Source: an uncultured SAR86 cluster bacterium
Lineage (GTDB): Bacteria; Pseudomonadota; Gammaproteobacteria; Magnimaribacterales; D2472
Assembly: GCA_902558395.1 (NCBI GenBank)
Contig: CACEDS010000002.1
Location: 197,229-261,228, forward strand
Direction of reading: 5' to 3'
DNA: 64,000 bases
This document shows, piece by piece, positions 57,074-64,000 of the stretch. Positions within the stretch are counted from its first letter, which is position 1. Each line of letters begins with the position of its first letter. The position numbers and the translations under genes were made by a program. A model generated the notes under the pieces. That model was not told the DNA's origin and made no database searches. It was given only the letters and a program-made list of their open reading frames with translations.

Positions 57074-57229
57074 ATGTTGGGACTAAGAGAAAAAGCGATG
57101 GATGCTCTAGGAGATAAATTCGACATTAGAGAATTTCATTCTGCGGTTCTTGATTATGGAATCCCACCACAATTTATAGTTGAAGAGAAAACTGATGAGA
57201 TGATTGCTAATGGTTTAGCTGATGATTAA
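57074..57229 (+). pseudogene. C-terminal remnant (51 codons) of a DUF885-family gene
   Basis: MLGLREKAMDALGDKFDIREFHSAVLDYGIPPQFIVEEKTDEMIANGLADD resembles, from memory, the last 50 or so residues of roughly 600-aa DUF885 proteins (...LGdkFDlreFHdavL..G..P...le...). A TAA lies one codon upstream (57068-57070), and there is only 87 nt to the neighbouring gene. Confidence 0.45.
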
Positions 57230-57849
57230 TAATTTTCAGGGCGCTTTGCTTGGAACTGTGAGAAATAGTTTCTAACCCACAACAAATCATCTTCATTGTC
57301 TCCAGATGGTTTATAAAACTTATCTAAAAGAATTCTTTTGTTTCCAAAATCAAAAGCTCCAAGAAAAATTTGGCCTTCAACTGCGCTGGCAATTCTTAAA
57401 AAACCTGACTTTAGCTTTTCAGTTTTAGCTCTTGTTCCCTCAGGGGACATGGCAATTAAAGAACCATTTAGTTTTCTCATATTTTTTATCGCTACATCTG
57501 TAAGGCCCAAGCCAGGTTTTGTCTTATCAACAGGGATGCCGCCCATATATTTAAGAAATTTCCCAAGGAATGGTTTGGTGAAAAGGCTGTGCTTTCCAAA
57601 AAAAGATATTTTTGCATCTAATCCTAATATTGCGGCAAAACCAAATACCCCATCCCAGTTTGATGTATGAGGACCAGCAATAATGATTAAATTTTCTTTG
57701 CCTTCAAGAGGAGGTATAAAGCCGTCTACCTTCCACCCGAAAAGCCTCAAAAACCATCTTGCTATCCACTGTACAATTTTTGGTCTAGATGCTCTATATT
57801 TTGAAGGAATCTGCCTTCTAGATACAATTTTATTGCCTTTTCTTTCCAT
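57226..57849 (-). CDS. lysophospholipid/1-acylglycerol-3-phosphate acyltransferase family protein
   Basis: HxxxxD motif (HTSNWD) and SPEGTR motif. Confidence 0.75.
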   Translation of the reverse strand: MERKGNKIVSRRQIPSKYRASRPKIVQWIARWFLRLFGWKVDGFIPPLEGKENLIIIAGPHTSNWDGVFGFAAILGLDAKISFFGKHSLFTKPFLGKFLKYMGGIPVDKTKPGLGLTDVAIKNMRKLNGSLIAMSPEGTRAKTEKLKSGFLRIASAVEGQIFLGAFDFGNKRILLDKFYKPSGDNEDDLLWVRNYFSQFQAKRPENY

Positions 57850-57853
57850 AAAA

Positions 57854-58537
57854 CTAGCTTAATTTTCTATCTTTAAGATAGAAAGGCAAATACATAGAAT
57901 AACAAACCAGCAATGCAACAATATAAAGATCTATTATATGAAATGGTTCTGGTCGCATAAGAGCTGTTATGTTATCTCCGATAGGCTTTTCAGCTAAAAA
58001 CCAATAATTAGTTCCTAGCAAATAATTCATTAGGTAGGTAAATAACAATAGTATGGTTGCATACATAAAAACTTTTGGGACGTCCTTTAAATATGGTCTT
58101 TGATTATCAATGGCCATTGCATAAGTTACTCCAAGAAGAATCATTGTGTGGCCAATTTGGCTCTGTATATATCCAACATATGGGAAGCCATAAACAGTAT
58201 CTGGGGTAAGAATGGACATACCCCCGCCTGCTATGCCAAAGAAGAATGCAAAAACAAAAAAGTCTCTCTTTTGAGTTAAAAAATATAAAATAATTGCCAT
58301 TGTTGAAAAATCACACAAATGAAGAGGTAATCCATCTTGCAACCTTCCACTAACTATCCCCTCTCTGTAAAAGTCCATTGCTTGATTTACTAATAATAAA
58401 AAAATAATTAAAAATCTTAGGTTTTTTTTTGCTTTTTTGCTGGTTAATTTAAAATATTGAGGAATAAATATTATTGCTAATACGCTCAACAAAACTGTAA
58501 TGATATGGGACGGGCTCAATAAGATTAACTCATTCAT
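57854..58537 (-). CDS. integral membrane protein (TIGR02206/YwaF-like)
   Basis: 7 TM; GLPLHLCDFS motif, recalled as typical of the family. Start set to the ATG at 58537 (MNELILLSPSHI). Confidence 0.5.
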   Translation of the reverse strand: MNELILLSPSHIITVLLSVLAIIFIPQYFKLTSKKAKKNLRFLIIFLLLVNQAMDFYREGIVSGRLQDGLPLHLCDFSTMAIILYFLTQKRDFFVFAFFFGIAGGGMSILTPDTVYGFPYVGYIQSQIGHTMILLGVTYAMAIDNQRPYLKDVPKVFMYATILLLFTYLMNYLLGTNYWFLAEKPIGDNITALMRPEPFHIIDLYIVALLVCYSMYLPFYLKDRKLS

Positions 58538-58626
58538 ATTTATAAATTTATTATACGATTTTATGTATTTTAACTTTATATACCTGAATATTCCCAACTA
58601 TTTTTAGTTTTAATAAATTAAAAACG

Positions 58627-58644
58627 TGTCAAGTGTACTTGACA
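58627..58644. promoter_or_regulatory. perfect 8-2-8 palindrome TGTCAAGT-GT-ACTTGACA (candidate operator with TTGACA on both strands)
   Basis: Read directly from the sequence. Lies in the 247-nt divergent intergenic region between 58537 (-) and 58785 (+). Confidence 0.4.
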
Positions 58645-58784
58645 TATATTAGCTTGATAATGTAACCTTGTCCGTAAAGGAAGTCTTTTTTAATTATCTG
58701 CATAAATAAAATGTAAAAAATAATAAAAGATTTAAAAGTTATAGAGATGTTTGAGAAAGGTTACAAACAATAGGGGTATAGAAA

Positions 58785-59243
58785 ATGGCTAAAATAATCT
58801 TTAAAGGTTCATGGATTCAAATAAAATCTTTGAATAAAGAAGATAAAAAAAATTACTTATTGTCTCTATCTTTTTTCTTTATTGGGGCTTTCTTCTGGGG
58901 GGTCCACTTAACCACAGTAGATGGAATATTTGGTCCAGCCTTAGAACAAGATAATGGGCCTTTTATGACCTTAATTAGATCTTTAATCATAATTTTCTGG
59001 ATTATCGCAGCAATGTATCAGAATAAATTTATCAAAACACAAGATGAGCTTATGCACAGGTACTATCTTTATCTTGGCGCATGGGGAGGTATAGGCTTTA
59101 TTAGTTTTGGTATGCTCTTTTCAATCCTTTCGCCCTATTTAGGTTTTGAAATTGGATTTTATGAATGCTTTTTAGCTTGGGCAATTGGAACCGCTATTGG
59201 CGGATTTATATTCGACAGGAAATATTTAAGGGATGGAGAATAA
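58785..59243 (+). CDS. hypothetical 4-TM membrane protein (152 aa)
   Basis: Hydrophobic helices. Overlaps the downstream XRE regulator gene by 11 nt. Confidence 0.55.
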   Translation: MAKIIFKGSWIQIKSLNKEDKKNYLLSLSFFFIGAFFWGVHLTTVDGIFGPALEQDNGPFMTLIRSLIIIFWIIAAMYQNKFIKTQDELMHRYYLYLGAWGGIGFISFGMLFSILSPYLGFEIGFYECFLAWAIGTAIGGFIFDRKYLRDGE

Positions 59244-59427
59244 ATTAAAAGATTTACGCCAAAAAAGGCAAGTAAGTCAAAATGCCTTGGCTGAAGCTTT
59301 GTCTGTAAGTAGGCAAACGATTAACTCAATTGAAAATGGTAAATTTGATCCTTCTTTGACCCTTGCAATAAAACTCACTAGATTTTTTGAAGTATCGCTT
59401 GATGAGATGTTTATTTACAAAGATTAA
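59233..59427 (+). CDS. small XRE-family HTH transcriptional regulator
   Basis: LRQKRQVSQNALAEALSVSRQTINSIENGKFDPSLTLAIKL is a canonical HTH_3. 64 aa. Confidence 0.8.
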   Translation: MENKLKDLRQKRQVSQNALAEALSVSRQTINSIENGKFDPSLTLAIKLTRFFEVSLDEMFIYKD

Positions 59428-60438
59428 TTAGGTATAAACTTTTCCAAATTTATTGTCTATAAAGTCATCCCATGGGATGGATTCTTGTTTTATAAAACCT
59501 CTAGATTTAATTTTTCCATTAATATACATATCTAAAACGCTACACACCCCTGAGGCAGTAGTTCTTTGAATTGCACTAAACTTATCATCGCCATATATTT
59601 TCTTTAAATAGGTTTTCTCTTGCAGAATTCCATCTATTTCTCCAATAACCTTTACATAAAAAACAATAACGTCATTTGTTGTTCGTGGTACTTCTTTATC
59701 AAAAAGCTTTTCTAAAATGTCTTTATTTTTCTTTAGATGAAGATCATTAAACAAAAACTTCATGTGATTTAAGTGTCCAGGATACCTAATAGTCTTATAT
59801 GTTAGGTTTTCAACTTTATCTTCATAGGTTTCGCACATAGTTGCGCAGCCACCGCTAGTGTTAAATGCTTCATACGACTCGCCTTCTATTGTTAGCTTTT
59901 CAGCGCCCTCAAGAGGCATAACTTTAATTGATTTACCCTCATATATAGCATCAGCCTCATTGCAATATTCATTAATCAATCCGTTAGTCGACCAGCTTAG
60001 GTAATAGCTCATTTCGTTATTGGTGAAGCGAGGCAATGCTCCAACCCTCATCATTACCTCTTTTACATTATCGAACTGATTGATCATGCCAGCAGCACAT
60101 ATATTAATTGCTCCTGGGGCCAATCCGCATTGGGGCATCATAATACTTTGAGAATCTATGCTTCTAATAAATTCAGTAGTCTCAACATCTTCAGTCAAAT
60201 CAAAATATCCGATGCCCATCTCTGAGGCAACAGTTCCAATGTTTTGATTTATGGCAAAAGGTCCTGCAGATATAACAGCATCCGTTCCTTTTAGAAATTC
60301 TCTAACTTGATCGATATCTCTAGCATCAAGACCTTCTGTAATATCTCCATGCTTTATTTCATAGTCATCTTTTAATAACTGTTTAATGGCCCAGCCGATA
60401 TTGCCTTTTCCAATTATGGCTATTTTAGCTTTCATCAA
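59428..60438 (-). CDS. saccharopine dehydrogenase family protein (possible L-lysine 6-dehydrogenase)
   Basis: N-terminal KIAIIGKGNIGWAI Rossmann motif. The length and the neighbouring ALDH7-type gene suggest lysine catabolism. Confidence 0.6.
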   Translation of the reverse strand: MMKAKIAIIGKGNIGWAIKQLLKDDYEIKHGDITEGLDARDIDQVREFLKGTDAVISAGPFAINQNIGTVASEMGIGYFDLTEDVETTEFIRSIDSQSIMMPQCGLAPGAINICAAGMINQFDNVKEVMMRVGALPRFTNNEMSYYLSWSTNGLINEYCNEADAIYEGKSIKVMPLEGAEKLTIEGESYEAFNTSGGCATMCETYEDKVENLTYKTIRYPGHLNHMKFLFNDLHLKKNKDILEKLFDKEVPRTTNDVIVFYVKVIGEIDGILQEKTYLKKIYGDDKFSAIQRTTASGVCSVLDMYINGKIKSRGFIKQESIPWDDFIDNKFGKVYT

Positions 60439-61798
60439 ATTCTACTCCTTGGGCAAGCGGTAGCTCGCTACCATAATTAACAGTTGCCGTGACTCTTCTC
60501 ATATAAGCTTTCCATGAATCTGAACCTGATTCTCTTCCACCGCCTGTATCTTTCTCACCACCGAAAGCACCCCCAATTTCAGCGCCGCTTGTTCCAATGT
60601 TTACATTAGCAATTCCACAGTCGCTTCCTTCAGAACTTAAGAATAATTCTGATTCTCTAACATCGTTAGTAAAGATAGAACTACTTAATCCTTGTTTTAC
60701 ATTATTTTGCATACAAATAGCATCTTTAAGTTCTGTAAATTTTTTGACGTATAAAATTGGTGCAAAAGTCTCTGCAAGCATCTCATCCTCAACTTTATTT
60801 ACTTCAACTATTGCCGGCATTACATAGAATTCTTTTGGATCAGCAACCTCAAGCCTTTGGCCGCCGTGAATTTTTACATTCTTTTCTTTAAGAGATGACA
60901 GCACATTCTGCATATCATTAAAGCTTGTCTCAGAAATTAGCGGGCCTAATTGAGAAGCAGTATCAGAAGGATCTCCAACTTTTAGGGTTGCATAATATGC
61001 ATGAAGTTTCTCCATAAATTCTTCATATATGTCTTCATGAACAAAGGCTCTTCTCAATGTTGTACATCTTTGTCCAGTTGTCCCTGCTGCCGAAAAAGTC
61101 ACCCCTTTAACAGTCAAATCCAAATCAGCTGTTGGACAAATAATTGCAGCATTATTACCACCCAGCTCCAATAATGTTCTACCCAATCTGGCTGATACTA
61201 ATGGAGCTAATTCTTTACCCATTTGAGTACTTCCAGTTGCAGATATCAGAGGAATATTTGAATCTTTGCATAAAGCTATTGCTTCTTTACTCCCACCATT
61301 AAGGATAAGTACTAATTCTTTGTGATCGCCTGCAATTTTATCCCATATTTTTTTAATAGCATCAGCGCATCCTGTTGCATGCGGGCTTGGCTTCCAAATG
61401 ATACTATTACCGCACACTGAGGCTAAACAAAAATTCCAAGCAAACACAGCCATTGGAAAATTAAAAGCAGTTATACAGCCAACCACTCCAAGCGGCTGCC
61501 ATAGTTCTTGTAACCTGTGATCGGGCCTTTCGCTTGGCATAGTTAATCCATAAAGTTGCCTACTTAAACCAGTAGCGAAATCACACATGTCAATTGCTTC
61601 TTGAACTTCCCCCTCTGCTTCAGAAACAATTTTTCTTGCTTCTTTTGTAATAACTCTAGCCAAATTAGCTTTTTGATTTCTTAATTCATTACCAAATTCT
61701 CTAATTATCTCTCCCCTTTTTGGAGCAGGCATTAGTCGCCATTTTTTCTGAGCCTCTTTTGAGGTATTTACTAGTTCATCATGACTATTAAATTTCAT
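60425..61798 (-). CDS. aldehyde dehydrogenase, ALDH7 / piperideine-6-carboxylate dehydrogenase-like
   Basis: LELGGNNAAII (catalytic Glu) and GTTGQRCTTLRR (catalytic Cys), in the antiquitin-like context. Confidence 0.75.
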   Translation of the reverse strand: MKFNSHDELVNTSKEAQKKWRLMPAPKRGEIIREFGNELRNQKANLARVITKEARKIVSEAEGEVQEAIDMCDFATGLSRQLYGLTMPSERPDHRLQELWQPLGVVGCITAFNFPMAVFAWNFCLASVCGNSIIWKPSPHATGCADAIKKIWDKIAGDHKELVLILNGGSKEAIALCKDSNIPLISATGSTQMGKELAPLVSARLGRTLLELGGNNAAIICPTADLDLTVKGVTFSAAGTTGQRCTTLRRAFVHEDIYEEFMEKLHAYYATLKVGDPSDTASQLGPLISETSFNDMQNVLSSLKEKNVKIHGGQRLEVADPKEFYVMPAIVEVNKVEDEMLAETFAPILYVKKFTELKDAICMQNNVKQGLSSSIFTNDVRESELFLSSEGSDCGIANVNIGTSGAEIGGAFGGEKDTGGGRESGSDSWKAYMRRVTATVNYGSELPLAQGVEFDES

Positions 61799-62288
61799 TC
61801 ATCTCTCCTCTTGAAATTTTAAAAATTTGATAAACAGAAAAAATCCCAAAAATAACTACATACGACATATAAAAATTTTGAACTAGAGGGTCTTCAATTG
61901 AGCTCGCAAGTGGATCGCTTGGCGGCACTCTCTGAAGCACTTCTGCAGTCGTTGGCAGCATGCTAAAAAAAACTGTTCCGGTTAGTGCAAGCTGCTTCAG
62001 ATAATGATTTAAAAATCCAAAAATACTCTTTTTATGAAGAACAAAAGCAAAAAGGACAGCAAAAATAGTCATCACAGACAGAATATGAGCGGTGTTAAAA
62101 GAACCAGTTGCTCTATATATAAACAATGATGATGCCGAGGTTACAACAGTAGCAATCAAATAGAATTTTGCCAGTCCGAGATTTATAAAAATAAATCTAT
62201 CTCTAAATAAAAGATAAAGGCCTACTATGATAGCTGGTATGCCAACAATAGTATGAAACCATCCCATATAGGTAATTCCACCAATCAT
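61788..62288 (-). CDS. hypothetical 5-TM membrane protein (166 aa)
   Basis: Hydrophobic helices. Its 3' end overlaps the ALDH start by 11 nt. Confidence 0.5.
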   Translation of the reverse strand: MIGGITYMGWFHTIVGIPAIIVGLYLLFRDRFIFINLGLAKFYLIATVVTSASSLFIYRATGSFNTAHILSVMTIFAVLFAFVLHKKSIFGFLNHYLKQLALTGTVFFSMLPTTAEVLQRVPPSDPLASSIEDPLVQNFYMSYVVIFGIFSVYQIFKISRGEMNEI

Positions 62289-62338
62289 ATTTATACCTCC
62301 CCAATGTATATATATATTTAAGATGTATTTTACTCTAT

Positions 62339-63121
62339 TTAAGACAAAAGATATTTTTGCAATAACCTTACTTTTTTATCTCCCCCAAAATAATCTATTT
62401 CTTCTTCGTCGAAAGTGTTGATGCTAGTTATTAAATTTCGTTTTTGTTTGGGGTATCTATGAATTAATGAAAGTGGTTGAAACATAACATTGATAGTAAA
62501 TAATGAATAATCTTCATGAAATCTGCACAATGTTTCTTTTTCAGATCTTATAAACCATTGTGCTGGATCATCAAGCAATGAATCTTCTTCAACAAGATGA
62601 AACCTTTGTGTGTCTCCGTGAATTAACCAATTTTGCCTTGCAAATGGCTTCATGAGCGGAGCTTGTTTTATAAAAGTAGAAATTCTATCACCAATTTTTT
62701 CATCGAGTGTTTTTACGGGATTATGGATTTCTCTCAAAGGCTTTCCTATTTTTGACTTAACATTCCAATAACTTGGAGAGCAAATGCTGGCAGCTAATAG
62801 CTCTTGATCTCCTTTTGCTCTGATTAGGCACAAATCATCTTGAATGAGTAAGCTCATATCAGCAATTGGATCATTATAAATTGACTCTTTTAAGTTAAAT
62901 TTCTCACTTAAAATTTCTTGTGCTTCAAGGGAATCGCTTGTTACAGCAACAACATCATTATATTTGTTATCTAGTAATTCTTTCTTATGTGAGTAAAGAT
63001 TGGGTCCAATTTTTCTATTTAGCCATTCATCTTTAGATATTGGCTTAAGTCCTAATCTATATTTTTGTTTGCCATCTCCCCAGGGAGGGTTCTCCCAAAA
63101 GAAAGAATCAACATCTAACAT
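62339..63121 (-). CDS. DUF3445 family protein (heme-dependent oxidative N-demethylase alpha-like)
   Basis: LLIQDDLCLI...LLAASICSPSYW...IHNPV...ARQNWLI matches my recollection of the DUF3445 conserved blocks. Confidence 0.6.
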   Translation of the reverse strand: MLDVDSFFWENPPWGDGKQKYRLGLKPISKDEWLNRKIGPNLYSHKKELLDNKYNDVVAVTSDSLEAQEILSEKFNLKESIYNDPIADMSLLIQDDLCLIRAKGDQELLAASICSPSYWNVKSKIGKPLREIHNPVKTLDEKIGDRISTFIKQAPLMKPFARQNWLIHGDTQRFHLVEEDSLLDDPAQWFIRSEKETLCRFHEDYSLFTINVMFQPLSLIHRYPKQKRNLITSINTFDEEEIDYFGGDKKVRLLQKYLLS

Positions 63122-63943
63122 TTAAACTTTTTCAGTTTCCGATTCCTGAGGAGATCTGAAGATTGGCCAAAATAATTGAGATAATGCAGATACTTCTGAT
63201 AAATTTTCAACTCCAACTTCTTTTGGATATTCCCTTGTTATCTTTGCGGTGCCAAAAATTACATCCCACAAAAATAATAAATTACCATAGTTACCTTTGT
63301 AATGAGTATTCTCATCAGTTAAGTGTTTTCCATGATGCATCCAGTGAGTTGAAGGTGTAGATATAGTTCTTTCAAGGACCCACATAATTGGACTCATCCA
63401 TTTAATCTCATATAGTTTTTTATCCCATCTTAAATCTGTATGAGCTCCATATATTACAGCTTGCTTTATTACGATATAAAAAGCATAAACCCACCCCGAT
63501 CCTAAATAAAAAAGGGCTCCTGCAAACCAAAGTCCTGGCATTAATATGTAATATAAAAGAGCATTCCTGTAAACAATTCTAATAGACATATACTCAGAGT
63601 CATGATGCGCTCTATGAAGGTTGTATAAAACTGGGACATTGTGGCAAGTTCTATGCCACCAGTATTGCGTTAAATCATCAAAAATTAAAAGCAAGCCAAA
63701 TATTGCAAAAAATCCCCATTCAGAAATTAGGCCCTTGGTGGCTGGAAAAAAAGTTTCAGTTAAACCATAACCAAAACCAAAAACCAATGGAAGCACAAGA
63801 AAATTCAATTGAAAAAAGCCAAATAGTTCAACTACTCCATCTTTTGGCCTTTGGTTATGTTTGTTGAAGAAATTTGTGTATATGATTTCTAGAAGCACAA
63901 GGCCAAAGAATAGCCCCAAAATAACTATTTGATACGTTTCCAT
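63122..63943 (-). CDS. fatty acid hydroxylase / sterol desaturase superfamily membrane di-iron enzyme
   Basis: His boxes HRTCH, HRAHH and HWMHHG; 4 TM. Confidence 0.8.
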   Translation of the reverse strand: METYQIVILGLFFGLVLLEIIYTNFFNKHNQRPKDGVVELFGFFQLNFLVLPLVFGFGYGLTETFFPATKGLISEWGFFAIFGLLLIFDDLTQYWWHRTCHNVPVLYNLHRAHHDSEYMSIRIVYRNALLYYILMPGLWFAGALFYLGSGWVYAFYIVIKQAVIYGAHTDLRWDKKLYEIKWMSPIMWVLERTISTPSTHWMHHGKHLTDENTHYKGNYGNLLFLWDVIFGTAKITREYPKEVGVENLSEVSALSQLFWPIFRSPQESETEKV

Positions 63944-64000
63944 TAGGTGTTAAAAAATTTTATGTTTGCCCTGAAGTATTTCTAAGTACATCTTATGATC

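Noticed and set aside
1-64000. Search for CRISPR arrays, rRNA, intact tRNA, tmRNA/RNase P/SRP RNA, riboswitches, IS elements and defence-system-like large orphan genes
   Set aside because: I saw no spaced direct-repeat arrays and no transposase or integrase motifs. Intergenic gaps are nearly all under 130 nt, too small for structured RNAs. Every ORF over 170 aa has a recognisable housekeeping or metabolic family.

Overview
Low-GC (about one third G+C by eye), very gene-dense bacterial chromosome segment. Gene content and local synteny (yggS-proC-yggT-metX-metW-rdgB-hemW with convergent trmB; lgt-thyA-folA; efp-argS-SPOR; rpoH; lipB/lipA; uvrD; typA) match a Pseudomonas-type gammaproteobacterial core genome. 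The AT-richness and compaction suggest a streamlined marine lineage; SAR86-like is only a guess and cannot be tested here. I call about 85 CDS and one probable gene remnant. I see no intact tRNA or rRNA, no CRISPR array, and no integrase or transposase. Only the left 2.1-2.9 kb looks accessory. Two identical 47-nt copies of the 3' half of tRNA-Phe(GAA) lie exactly 1,040 bp apart, and neither has a 5' half. I read them as stacked att sites marking the far end of one or more tRNA-Phe-integrated islands, with the intact tRNA and integrase expected left of the window. Recognisable modules elsewhere are a six-gene TonB2-type energiser cluster, an ACE-like M2 peptidase coupled to a DUF1295 membrane protein, pssA-psd, a TRAP transporter split around lipA/lipB, and a lone FTR1 iron permease with a Fur-box-like palindrome. 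There is also a tightly packed five-gene unit (fatty-acid hydroxylase, DUF3445, membrane protein, ALDH7-type dehydrogenase, saccharopine/lysine dehydrogenase-like). Compaction is extreme: 13 of 14 convergent junctions, counting the DUF885-like mini-ORF, have 3 nt or less between stop codons, and 7 share a 4-nt YTAR overlap. I did not find a convincing large uncharacterised multi-gene system; every orphan ORF is under 170 aa. The best leads are the att-site stack, the five-gene unit, the M2/DUF1295 pair, a 9-Cys mini-protein, a DUF885 C-terminal remnant and a few operator-like palindromes. All functional calls rest on motifs read by eye from the supplied translations; no database search was run.
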